DNA of 64,000 bases from Bdellovibrionales bacterium (GTDB taxonomy: Bacteria; Bdellovibrionota; Bdellovibrionia; Bdellovibrionales; JAGQZY01): NCBI GenBank assembly GCA_031426555.1, contig JANPLN010000015.1, positions 96,001 through 160,000 of the forward strand, read 5' to 3'. A program made the position numbers and the translations under genes. Of this stretch, positions 28,630 through 37,002 are shown piece after piece. The notes below the pieces were generated by a model, which did no database searches, was not told the origin of the DNA, and saw nothing but the letters and a program-made list of their open reading frames with translations. Numbering within the stretch: position 1 is the first letter of the stretch; each line of letters opens with the position of its first letter.

Positions 28630-28906
28630 TGAAACACCCCATGCAAGCCGAGGATGGCTTCGCAATGGTAATCCCCCGGGTGATTTGTCCAATCTCCCTA
28701 AGTGTGGTGCTAAAACGCGTTTAAAGGGCTTATGTAAGGCTCCAGCAATGAGAAATGGGCGCTGCCGTATGCATGGAGGTAAAAGCACCGGCCCTCGTAC
28801 GGAAGAGGGAAAAGATCGAATCAGCAACGCCAACTTTAAGCATGGTGAATATTCTCAAAAGACCTTGCTGATTAAAAAAACGCTTAAGAAATTTTCCAAT
28901 GTGTAG
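28616..28906 (+). CDS. HGGxSTG-domain protein (CCCH-type putative Zn-binding)
   Basis: CGAKTR....C..PAM.NGRCRMHGGKSTGPRT.EG, then KHG.YS; strong GGAGGGG SD before ATG 28616. Confidence 0.88.
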   Translation: MGKSDETPHASRGWLRNGNPPGDLSNLPKCGAKTRLKGLCKAPAMRNGRCRMHGGKSTGPRTEEGKDRISNANFKHGEYSQKTLLIKKTLKKFSNV

Positions 28907-28962
28907 TTTAAAACTTTTAATTTTTGAGACAAACAAATGTATAATAATAAAGGGGGTATTCA

Positions 28963-29940
28963 ATGGGGTTTTTAAAAAAAGTTTTAGGTAGCGGAATCAA
29001 AGTGGCATCTGGTGGATTAATTCGAGACAAGCATATCAATGGCGCAACAGATTCCATAACGGACGCAATCGGAATAACAAATCGCGCTGGCGATAAAGCA
29101 GCAGCAGCTCAAGCGCAAGCGGCACGAGATGCAAACGACACAACTTGGCGCATGTATAATCAAGGAAGACAAGATCAAGAGCCATGGAGACAAGCTGGAG
29201 CAAAGTCTCTAAGCGAGCTCTCGGGGCAGATGGGGGATTTAACTCGAAAGTTTACGTTAACAGATTTCCAGCAGGATCCTGGTTATCAGTTCCGAATCGA
29301 CGAGGGTCAAAAAGCCCTTGAGCGAAGCTCAGCTGCGCGCGGTGGACTTATGGGCGGCAGAACGCTGAAGGAACTTTCGCGCTACGGCCAAGACTTTGCT
29401 TCGAACGAATACACGAACGCCTATAATAGATTCAATAACGACCGCGATCAGAGATTTAACAAACTATCTAATCTCGCTGGCATTGGACAATCGAGTGCCG
29501 CACAGATTGCTAACCAAGGAAATCAGGCAGGGCAGCAAGTCAGTGCAAACCAGATTGGGATGGGGAACGCAGAAGCTGCAAATATTATGGGGCAGTCAAA
29601 TAGGCTTAATAGCTTTATCGGGCAAGTAGGCGGGGCTGCAATCGGGGGCATGATGGGCGGAAGTAAGCCTCCCACGATGTTTAGCGATGAGAGACTTAAA
29701 ACAGACATTGAACTCGTTTCTAAAGAGGACCTTCAAGAACTCAAGGATAAGATGCGCAGATTGAAATTAAATGGCAAAAACGAGACTCACGACGAAAGCG
29801 ATTTAATTGAAGTGATGGCACAAGAGCTTGCGCAAACTAAGCTTGGGAAATATGTAGTGAGCTATGACGCCGATGGGTACCGAATAGTTAACACGCACAA
29901 ACTTATGTCCCTCGTGCTTGCGACGTTTGCCGCGGCTTAA
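28963..29940 (+). CDS. Phage DNA-ejection/pilot protein (P22 gp7-like) with C-terminal peptidase-S74-like chaperone domain
   Basis: Gly/Ala/Gln-rich; AAAAQA.AA, PW.QAG...L and PGYQF...EG..A..RS.AARGGL..G.TLK.L..YGQ..A motifs; tail SDERLKTDI...MAQEL...DGY..V. Confidence 0.75.
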   Translation: MGFLKKVLGSGIKVASGGLIRDKHINGATDSITDAIGITNRAGDKAAAAQAQAARDANDTTWRMYNQGRQDQEPWRQAGAKSLSELSGQMGDLTRKFTLTDFQQDPGYQFRIDEGQKALERSSAARGGLMGGRTLKELSRYGQDFASNEYTNAYNRFNNDRDQRFNKLSNLAGIGQSSAAQIANQGNQAGQQVSANQIGMGNAEAANIMGQSNRLNSFIGQVGGAAIGGMMGGSKPPTMFSDERLKTDIELVSKEDLQELKDKMRRLKLNGKNETHDESDLIEVMAQELAQTKLGKYVVSYDADGYRIVNTHKLMSLVLATFAAA

Positions 29941-30022
29941 CAATTGGGATGCAACATACGGCCAGTGAGTGATTTCGCTGCTGGATCGTTGCAAATGGAT
30001 TCTCCAACATGCCTTAATCAGG

Positions 30023-30523
30023 TTAAATTGCCGCAAAAACCAATTCTCCTTTGGTCATTTTGAAAGTTAAACGTCTCATCGGCGATTCTGGTTCGTTCCG
30101 TATAAAATTAATAATTTCCTCATAATTACGGTCAGGAGCTTTTATTAATGCATGAGTTCTAATGGTTTTATCGATCGATTCTGAATGCTTTTGTTTATCA
30201 TTTTCGATCCTCGAAAGTGTTTTCGGATTCATTTTAATTATATCTGCATAGTCCTCTGTCGAATGACCTAGATATTTTCTAATAAAACGAATTTGGTCAC
30301 CAGATAGTAGCCCTGGCTGATGAATAGCCGTCAGCTCAGCAATCATCTTATGCAATGAAGAAATCTTTGGGATCTCAGTAAACGTTTCTCCACAGTCATC
30401 GCACTTGAGCTGTGGAATGTCTTTCAACGTAACAAACGGAGCTCCTCCGAAGTCATACTTAATGGTAGCTTTGATTTTTTTCAGCTTCTTTTTTGAATCG
30501 CAAGAATAACAAGTATCTGTCAT
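30023..30523 (-). CDS. MqsA/YgiT-type Zn-ribbon plus Xre-HTH antitoxin-like protein
   Basis: CYSC...CDDCGE Zn ribbon; L.G.QIRFIRK.LG.......A.......TLSR.EN HTH. Confidence 0.85.
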   Translation of the reverse strand: MTDTCYSCDSKKKLKKIKATIKYDFGGAPFVTLKDIPQLKCDDCGETFTEIPKISSLHKMIAELTAIHQPGLLSGDQIRFIRKYLGHSTEDYADIIKMNPKTLSRIENDKQKHSESIDKTIRTHALIKAPDRNYEEIINFIRNEPESPMRRLTFKMTKGELVFAAI

Positions 30524-30526
30524 AAC

Positions 30527-30835
30527 CTAATCCTTTCTCCAGCAAGTGACTATTACAATTTTAGTGCCTAAATCATTGAAAGAAACGACAACTCCAATTT
30601 TATTGGTTTCGACTTTATATCTATATGAGCCGTCTTTCTCTTCTCCTGGGTATACATATTTACTGGCGGAAAGCAGGACATTGACCAAATCAATCAGCAC
30701 TAAATTTCTTTGGGTCATCCTTTTTTTTGCATATTCGCCAATAACGAAATTAAAATCGCTGGCAGCAAGTTGGCTGATGCGTTTTATAACTTCGGCAGTA
30801 TTTAGCTTAACCTGCTTGTAGCTCGATGGTGACAT
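30527..30835 (-). CDS. DUF4258-like (RelE-fold) putative toxin
   Basis: A..RM..RN....D..NVL, YRY.V and IVIVT.W motifs; directly upstream of the MqsA-like gene; ATG at 30835. Confidence 0.7.
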   Translation of the reverse strand: MSPSSYKQVKLNTAEVIKRISQLAASDFNFVIGEYAKKRMTQRNLVLIDLVNVLLSASKYVYPGEEKDGSYRYKVETNKIGVVVSFNDLGTKIVIVTCWRKD

Positions 30836-30870
30836 TAAGTCACTATACCGTAATTTGTCACCAGCGTCAA
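30827..30870 (-). promoter_or_regulatory. Sigma70 promoter TTGACG-17-TATAGT with overlapping inverted repeat TGGTGACA/TGTCACCA
   Basis: -35 at 30870-30865, -10 at 30847-30842, ATG 7 nt downstream; IR arms at 30827-34 and 30856-63. Confidence 0.7.
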
Positions 30871-30995
30871 ATTTCCTGGACCTAGCCTCAATACGATACA
30901 TACAACCATGCTTACATTGGCCTTAAACAATTTATATTACGTGTGTGAGATTGATCATTTAGTGGCTAGTCACGTAAAGTAAGATCAGGCTTTTA

Positions 30996-31181
30996 TCATG
31001 GCCTTTCAATATATAGCTTTATAAGCTCTTCCACCACATTACTTGCTGGAACGCCATCGCAAGCATTTTGAAATTCCTTATAAAGGCTCGCGGACAAATA
31101 CAGAGTTACTTTCTTTTTATCTTTGCCTTCTTGTTTAAGTTTACCCAGTATCTCTTTTCTGCTGATTTTCTTCATGATCAT
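30996..31181 (-). CDS. Small CopG/ribbon-helix-helix-like DNA-binding protein
   Basis: KKVTLYLS..LY.EF...C....AS.VVEELI..Y pattern. Confidence 0.55.
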   Translation of the reverse strand: MIMKKISRKEILGKLKQEGKDKKKVTLYLSASLYKEFQNACDGVPASNVVEELIKLYIERP

Positions 31182-31276
31182 CCAATCGTCTAAACTTTAT
31201 ACATATAAAGATACATACTCTTATATGGCAAAGTGTATTGCAATGTGTTATGCTGCCCTAAACATAGGAGATACGT

Positions 31277-31540
31277 ATGAAAGCACTAAGTGCGAATTTT
31301 AAAGAGAACCAACTTCCCGATTTCGATGCTGCGATGGGTGTTGTGATGGATACACATGTTCGAATTAAAGCGTTGGCCACCATTTTTCAGCACATGAATA
31401 ACTCATGCCACACGCTAGATAAGCCAAGCGACTTAATGGGTATTGGAGATATTTTAAAAGATTATTCTGAGGATCTTTTGCTGGCTTACCACTCGATGGA
31501 CAATTTTGCGCGTTCGAAAAAAGATGAGAGTAAAGGATAA
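31277..31540 (+). CDS. Hypothetical protein (island cargo)
   Basis: AGGAG SD; 87-aa ORF. Confidence 0.65.
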   Translation: MKALSANFKENQLPDFDAAMGVVMDTHVRIKALATIFQHMNNSCHTLDKPSDLMGIGDILKDYSEDLLLAYHSMDNFARSKKDESKG

Positions 31541-31543
31541 GAT

Positions 31544-32017
31544 ATGAAATCAATTAACCAACTTCCCAATTATAAAGAACTACTGCGTAAAGCCACAGCC
31601 CTCACCATGAGCCTAGGGGATTTACTCACTGAGGTGGATACCTTTAAAGATCAACTCCCAGAAATTGAACGGTACTCTGACGGACTTAAAACAACCAACA
31701 TTATCGATTATCTCAACAATGTGGAAACAACTCTTCACTCTAGGATAGATGGTCGGCCCGAGCCCCTGATCGTCGGAGAGGATATGTGGGGTCTGTGCTA
31801 TGAGCCTGGCTATTGCGACAAATCCCTTCTCAGAGATCGAACGTTCAACATGGAGGAGTTAATAAGTATGCGTGACTGGTTAAACATGACGATTGAATTT
31901 CATGAAAAGCACCCTAAGTCTAAATCACAAATGCAGAGAAGAAAGAAGCAAAACGCCTTACTAGAGAAAACAAAAAGAGTCGCAAAGCCGAAAAGATTTC
32001 AAAAAATCCGACCCTAG
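31544..32017 (+). CDS. Hypothetical protein with basic C-terminal tail (island cargo)
   Basis: AAGGA SD, 3 bp after the previous stop. Confidence 0.65.
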   Translation: MKSINQLPNYKELLRKATALTMSLGDLLTEVDTFKDQLPEIERYSDGLKTTNIIDYLNNVETTLHSRIDGRPEPLIVGEDMWGLCYEPGYCDKSLLRDRTFNMEELISMRDWLNMTIEFHEKHPKSKSQMQRRKKQNALLEKTKRVAKPKRFQKIRP

Positions 32018-32367
32018 CGCCCACAGCTAATGGATACTGTGTACAAAGATTCCTTATCTTGACCGAGCCCTATGGTTGAGGAGTCGTAATGGTTTGGACT
32101 TTTTGAAGCAGCACTAAACCCGCATGTCGCATTCATGGTGACGTATGTTGCTACTGATTTGTGTATGCACATAAGATGTCTGGTTTCAGGTTTACTTTTT
32201 TTCGGGTCGATTTTGTCTAATTCACAGTTCCACTCGCCAGCTGTAAACTTATAACTGTCATCTCCAACCGTTTTTTGCACGCCCTTCAAATAAACGTCCC
32301 ATTTATATTCGGATGCGGAACTAGCAGATAGGTACATCAGAGACATAATTATGATCAGTGGTTTCAT
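32014..32367 (-). CDS. Small secreted protein with four Cys (island cargo)
   Basis: Signal peptide MKPLIIIMSLMYLSASSA; four Cys in the mature part. Confidence 0.6.
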   Translation of the reverse strand: MKPLIIIMSLMYLSASSASEYKWDVYLKGVQKTVGDDSYKFTAGEWNCELDKIDPKKSKPETRHLMCIHKSVATYVTMNATCGFSAASKSPNHYDSSTIGLGQDKESLYTVSISCGR

Positions 32368-32439
32368 AGATACATTGTTAGCGAATTGTAAAATCAGTTG
32401 AAGCGATAACGACTTGACCCGAGTAAGAACTGGTCTTCA

Positions 32440-32462
32440 GGTTGTAGGTACAAGTGTAGGTA
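32440..32462 (+). repeat. Candidate integrase arm-type sites TGTAGGTA x2 (right)
   Basis: GGTTGTAGGTACAAGTGTAGGTA, about 55 bp inside the right att. Confidence 0.7.
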
Positions 32463-32516
32463 CGTCTCAGGCCGAAACGTTAACCTGTTATTTTTACAGC
32501 TAAATAAGAATCTTAT

Positions 32517-32608
32517 TGGCGGAGAAAGGCGGATTCGAACCGCCGGAACCGGTTTCCCAGTTCGGTTGTTTAGCAAACAACTGGTTTCAGCCACTCACCC
32601 ATTTCTCC
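32517..32608 (-). tRNA. tRNA-Ser(GCT)
   Basis: GGAGAAA acceptor stem, anticodon arm GTTGT-TTGCTAA-ACAAC, long variable arm, GGTTCGAATCC, encoded CCA. Confidence 0.95.
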
Positions 32609-32653
32609 GAGATTTACGACTTCGAACAACATTGCCACAGCGGGCAGGGGCGA

Positions 32654-33253
32654 TCAATAATTTTCCGGGAAAAGACGTCGCTCGATGGTTTCGATGACCG
32701 TATGTAAAATTATCATATGGATTTCTTGGATGCGATCGCTGGTCTTGCCGGGGACGACAATAGAAAGATCACTGACAGTTTTTAAAGGGCCGCCGCCTTT
32801 GCCCAAGAGAGCCACCGTGGAAATACCTAAAGCCTTCGCTTTTTCAAAAGCGACAATGAGATTCTTAGAGTTACCACTGGTGGAAAGGCCGATCAGGATA
32901 TCCCCTTTGCGAGCCAACGCTTCGAGTTGCCGGGAAAAAATATGTTCAAAACCATAGTCGTTGGTCACGCAGGTAACGTGGCTAGCATCGCCCAAAGCTA
33001 ATGCCCCCAAGGGCCGCCGGTCTTTTTGGTAACGGCCGGTGAGTTCTTCGGCAAAATGCATGGCGTCACAATGGCTGCCGCCATTTCCGCAAATAAAGAC
33101 GCTGGCTTTGCTTTCATAGGCCTGGATAAGCACTTGGCTAAAGCTCTCCAGAAGTCCCAAGGAACCAGGCTCGTTGAGGAACTGAGTGAGTAAAAGCGAC
33201 GCCTCTTGCAGTGAATTTTGCCATACTGTTTTGGTATCTAATTGAGTTTTCAT
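32654..33253 (-). CDS. gmhA: Phosphoheptose (sedoheptulose-7-phosphate) isomerase
   Basis: CGNGGSHCDAMHFAEEL.GRY, NDYG, STSGNS and DRIQEIH motifs. Confidence 0.95.
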   Translation of the reverse strand: MKTQLDTKTVWQNSLQEASLLLTQFLNEPGSLGLLESFSQVLIQAYESKASVFICGNGGSHCDAMHFAEELTGRYQKDRRPLGALALGDASHVTCVTNDYGFEHIFSRQLEALARKGDILIGLSTSGNSKNLIVAFEKAKALGISTVALLGKGGGPLKTVSDLSIVVPGKTSDRIQEIHMIILHTVIETIERRLFPENY

Positions 33254-33346
33254 GGGCTCTTACAGTGCCAGAAAATCCTATAACTTTCCAGAGATAGCTT
33301 GATTTTGAATTTAAAAGCTTTTAAACCCAAAGCCTTGTCGATTTGT

Positions 33347-33423
33347 GCGGTCGTAGCTCAGCTGGATAGAGTACCAGACTACGAATCTGGTGGTCGCAGG
33401 TTCAACTCCTGCCGACCGCACCA
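33347..33423 (+). tRNA. tRNA-Arg(ACG)
   Basis: GCGGTCG acceptor, TAGCTCAGCTGGATAGAG D-arm, CCAGA-CTACGAA-TCTGG anticodon arm, CCA end. Confidence 0.95.
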
Positions 33424-33438
33424 TTTTTCAAAAAATTC

Positions 33439-33906
33439 TTAACTCAAAAGCGAACGCAACATCCACGCGGTTTTTTCGTGCAGTTGAATTCGCTGGGTGA
33501 GCAAATCCAACGACGCTTCATCGCCAGCCTTTTCGGCAGCGGGAAAAATCGATCGCGCCGTGCGCGCCACAGCTTCGTGACCTTCAAGCAGTTGTTGAAT
33601 CATTTCTGTGGCATTCGGAACATCTTCGGATTCAGTGAGGGATGTGAGCTTTGCGTATTTTTTATAAGAGCCAGGCGCGTACTCACCCAGCGCGCGAATA
33701 CGTTCGGCAATCAAATCCAAGGCATTCCAAAGTTCTGTGTATTGCTCCATAAACATTTGATGAAGAGTATTAAACATGAGGCCTTCCACATTCCAGTGAA
33801 AGTTATGAGTTTTTAGATAAAGTATAGAACTGTCGGCTAAAAGTTTTGCAAGTCCATCAGCTACTTTTTTGCGGTCGCCGTTAGAAATTCCAATATTAAT
33901 TTTCAT
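33439..33906 (-). CDS. dps: Dps family DNA-protecting ferritin-like protein
   Basis: [25 protein letters not shown] and HEK.AWML motifs. Confidence 0.95.
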   Translation of the reverse strand: MKINIGISNGDRKKVADGLAKLLADSSILYLKTHNFHWNVEGLMFNTLHQMFMEQYTELWNALDLIAERIRALGEYAPGSYKKYAKLTSLTESEDVPNATEMIQQLLEGHEAVARTARSIFPAAEKAGDEASLDLLTQRIQLHEKTAWMLRSLLS

Positions 33907-33909
33907 AAA

Positions 33910-34191
33910 TCACTCCGGTGGGGTTAGATCCGACTGATCTTCATCCTTGATCTGATCTTCGGTGGTTTTTTCGGGATTCGCCTTTTGTGGCTCGACTTTG
34001 CGAGGAGCGCGCCATTTTTTTAATTTGGCTTTTTCCTTTTTCGACAATTTCTTTTCTTCTTTGGCAACATCAGCAGTGTACTTTGGTTTCGGCTCTTGAA
34101 TGACCTCAGTCGGTGAATTTGCCGGCGAATCGTTCTGTGCAAATGAGAGACTCGCGGTAAATAAGACAAAGCTCAGTAGAAATGAATGCAT
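33910..34191 (-). CDS. Small secreted charged low-complexity protein
   Basis: GGAGG SD; signal peptide MHSFLLSFVLFTASLSFA; Lys/Glu-rich body. Confidence 0.6.
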   Translation of the reverse strand: MHSFLLSFVLFTASLSFAQNDSPANSPTEVIQEPKPKYTADVAKEEKKLSKKEKAKLKKWRAPRKVEPQKANPEKTTEDQIKDEDQSDLTPPE

Positions 34192-34265
34192 GGGGCCTCC
34201 TAAGCTTAAATAGTCTAAAATAAAATGCCGTTGCTGTAAACCCAATTAAACGCTAGATCTAGGAG

Positions 34266-35651
34266 ATGGTACTAACTCCACGTTACGCCGATTTTCCAGA
34301 AACATTTTTCGAAAAGCTCGACGCCGTTGAGTTTTCTCAAAATCCCATTCTCCATTGGAACGAGGCCCTCGCCAAAGAGTTGGGCATGACGGATCGGTTG
34401 TTTTACAGCTCGGTGCAAGTGGCACAGGCCTATGCTGGACATCAGTTTGGTCACTTTGTGCCGCAGCTGGGAGACGGACGTGCTCGACTTGTCGGCGAGT
34501 TCCAGGATTCTCAAGGGCGATTGTTCGAAGTGCACCTCAAAGGCTCCGGACCGACAAAATTTTCGCGACGAGGTGATGGCCTTGCCACATTGGATGCTGT
34601 TTTGCGGGAACTCTTGGTCAGTGAGGATATGCACGCTCTTGGAATTCCAACCACACGAACTCTCGCAGTGCTTGGAACGGGCAAAAAAGTGATCCGCGAA
34701 AATGAGCATCCCGGTGCGATTCAGGTGCGCATCGCAAAAAGCCATGTGCGCGTTGGAACGTTTGAGTATTTTGCCTCTCGGGGAAATACAGCAGCTATAA
34801 AAATACTTGCCGATGAAATGCTCGAACGGCTGTTTCCGCAACTCACAATCGAAGCCAATGTTTATCTTGCACTGTTCGAAGCAGTTATGGAAAAACAAAT
34901 TCAGCTTGTCTGCCGCTGGCTCCAGGTTGGTTTTATTCACGGCGTGATGAACACCGATAACACTTTAATATCCGGCGAGACAATTGATTACGGACCGTGC
35001 GCTTTTATGGAGGAATACGATCCCCTCAAAGTATTTAGCTCCATCGATCATCAAGGCCGCTACGCCTACGCTCGACAACCGCAAATTATAAAATGGAATC
35101 TCACTGTTTTGGGACAGTGCTTATTGCCCTTGTTTTCCGAAAGCCAAGATGAGGCCACACAAATTTTACAGCGTACACTTGCAAATTTTGAAGATCAATT
35201 TGACGCAAAATGGCTTTCGGGCATGGGGCGAAAACTTGGTCTCGAAGAGGCGAAAAGTAGCGATGCCGTATTGATTCAAGATTTTTTATCTTTACTGCAA
35301 AAGTATGAAATGGATTTTACTTTGGGATTTCGAAATTTAAGTGAGCAAATTGAGCATAAAGAAAAAGATCTCAAGGAGTGGTCGATACGGTGGAAATCGC
35401 GCATCGGTGAAAACAAAAAAACGTTACAGCAAACACTCAACGACTTAAACTTCACAAACCCTCTATTCATTCCGCGGAATCATCTTGTGGAAGCCGCGAT
35501 CAAAGCAGCCGCGCAAAAAAACAACTTTGCGCCCGTCGAACGCTTACTAGCAGCTTTTAAGAACCCGTTTCAAAATTCCACTGATTTTGTCGATTTACAA
35601 CTTCCCGCAAAGCCCGAAGAGCGTGTTCAAGCAACGTTTTGTGGTACTTAG
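34266..35651 (+). CDS. selO: Protein adenylyltransferase SelO/YdiU
   Basis: YAGHQFG...QLGDGR, KGSG.T.FSR.GDG, HGVMNTDN and TIDYGP motifs; ends TFCGT. Confidence 0.93.
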   Translation: MVLTPRYADFPETFFEKLDAVEFSQNPILHWNEALAKELGMTDRLFYSSVQVAQAYAGHQFGHFVPQLGDGRARLVGEFQDSQGRLFEVHLKGSGPTKFSRRGDGLATLDAVLRELLVSEDMHALGIPTTRTLAVLGTGKKVIRENEHPGAIQVRIAKSHVRVGTFEYFASRGNTAAIKILADEMLERLFPQLTIEANVYLALFEAVMEKQIQLVCRWLQVGFIHGVMNTDNTLISGETIDYGPCAFMEEYDPLKVFSSIDHQGRYAYARQPQIIKWNLTVLGQCLLPLFSESQDEATQILQRTLANFEDQFDAKWLSGMGRKLGLEEAKSSDAVLIQDFLSLLQKYEMDFTLGFRNLSEQIEHKEKDLKEWSIRWKSRIGENKKTLQQTLNDLNFTNPLFIPRNHLVEAAIKAAAQKNNFAPVERLLAAFKNPFQNSTDFVDLQLPAKPEERVQATFCGT

Positions 35652-35826
35652 GCGACATTTATTACGAATAACTGATTATGTGCGTCAAGCGCGTTCACTT
35701 TTTATGCGCGTCGTTTTTGTGTTAGGAATTTTTGTTTTTCGTAGAAACTTTTCACTGAAAAATTTGCGGGTTATCTATTTTTAAAAACCTCATTAAGTTT
35801 TCACCACACGGGTTAACTTAGGGGTT

Positions 35827-36990
35827 ATGATGAAAAGGAAACTGGTTTTATTTTTTGCAAGTTTACTACTTGTGAATGTGTCGTCGGGGAATGTTGAGCA
35901 AGCCTATCTGGAAAACCAGCTTGTTTTGATTTCTGATTATGATGAAACTCTCACCGGTCGAGCCTGGAACACGCTTTGGTTTCTAAAAAAAATTCCGTCA
36001 ATTCAATCTTATTTACAAATTGCAGCGATTCCGACATTAATTCCTGATGCGACATTCGAGTCTCTACCGAATTCGGTTGCCGTAACCTCAAGAGAAGTTG
36101 GCGAAATTTTAGGGGAGCGGTTAGCAGTGGTGGAGGCGAATGGTAAAATTACGCCAAAGTCCTCGGGCCTCTACGTGCTTCCGGCCCTCCCAGGAACTCC
36201 CGAAAGATCACAACCGCAGTCGTTTATTCCTGGGCTCTATCGTGTGACCGAAGAAACCTGGGAACGCTTTCGACCGGACCCGAACAATAACTATGTTTTG
36301 GAGGACAACGAACGCGCACGGATTTTTGAACGAGCCACAGGGGAATCCCGATTTGGCCCCTCATTTCCGATGGTTCGGTTACTTACAAATTCTCGAAAGT
36401 CAGTGGACCACATCCATATCGTGACGGCGCGGCCCCAATCTGCAATCGAGTTTCAACCTTTGTTTCAAAGTTGGCAAAGAGAGGGTCTTATCAAGAACAT
36501 TCAAGGTCGAAGGTACACCTTAGACCGGCTTTACTCTCTCTTAGCCGCCATCAATATTTATGGGGTGGGTGAGGGGTTGAGCCTTCTTTACGGAGACTCC
36601 ATCACAGAGCGTAAGATTCAAGTGGTAAGAGATCAAATTATTAATCAGTACCTGCTTTTGGCAAAGCAGCAGCAGAAAAAATTCACGGTGGTGGTTGCCG
36701 AGAACGATCCGCGAACAGTGGCAAGTTATGTAAGAATGCTGCAGGAACTTATGGGAATACCAGATTATCAAAAACATTTTGATTTTATCTTTCTGCATGC
36801 GGGAACAGATTTCGAAGTCTCGCGCAGCGGCTTACCTTCGCGGTGGGTGAGAATTTTCGGAGCCTTCATTTTGCCGTTAGAACTCAACGAAGTAAAATTT
36901 TTGTCCAGTAAGACGGAGCCTGAAACTAAAAAGTTGCCAACAAATGTATCGACTTTGGGAGCTGGCGTGTCCTGCTCGGTTCTATTTTAA
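35827..36990 (+). CDS. Secreted HAD-like phosphatase of unknown substrate
   Basis: Signal peptide; LISDYDETL (DxDxT), IVTARP (motif II), K in ERK, VVAENDP (motif IV-like); C terminus SCSVLF. Confidence 0.55.
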   Translation: MMKRKLVLFFASLLLVNVSSGNVEQAYLENQLVLISDYDETLTGRAWNTLWFLKKIPSIQSYLQIAAIPTLIPDATFESLPNSVAVTSREVGEILGERLAVVEANGKITPKSSGLYVLPALPGTPERSQPQSFIPGLYRVTEETWERFRPDPNNNYVLEDNERARIFERATGESRFGPSFPMVRLLTNSRKSVDHIHIVTARPQSAIEFQPLFQSWQREGLIKNIQGRRYTLDRLYSLLAAINIYGVGEGLSLLYGDSITERKIQVVRDQIINQYLLLAKQQQKKFTVVVAENDPRTVASYVRMLQELMGIPDYQKHFDFIFLHAGTDFEVSRSGLPSRWVRIFGAFILPLELNEVKFLSSKTEPETKKLPTNVSTLGAGVSCSVLF

Positions 36991-37002
36991 GGGGGTTTAA
37001 AA

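Larger units (their letters stand above)
23535..32530. mobile_element. ~9.0-kb integrative satellite-like genomic island in the 3' end of tRNA-Ser(GCT)
   Basis: 15-bp direct repeat TTGGCGGAGAAAGGC at 23535-23549 and 32516-32530; contains integrase, AlpA, primase-polymerase and helicase; no recognisable capsid, portal or tail genes. Confidence 0.9.

Noticed and set aside
23535..32530. Complete prophage
   Set aside because: Only 9 kb between the att sites, with no recognisable capsid, portal, large terminase, tail or lysis genes
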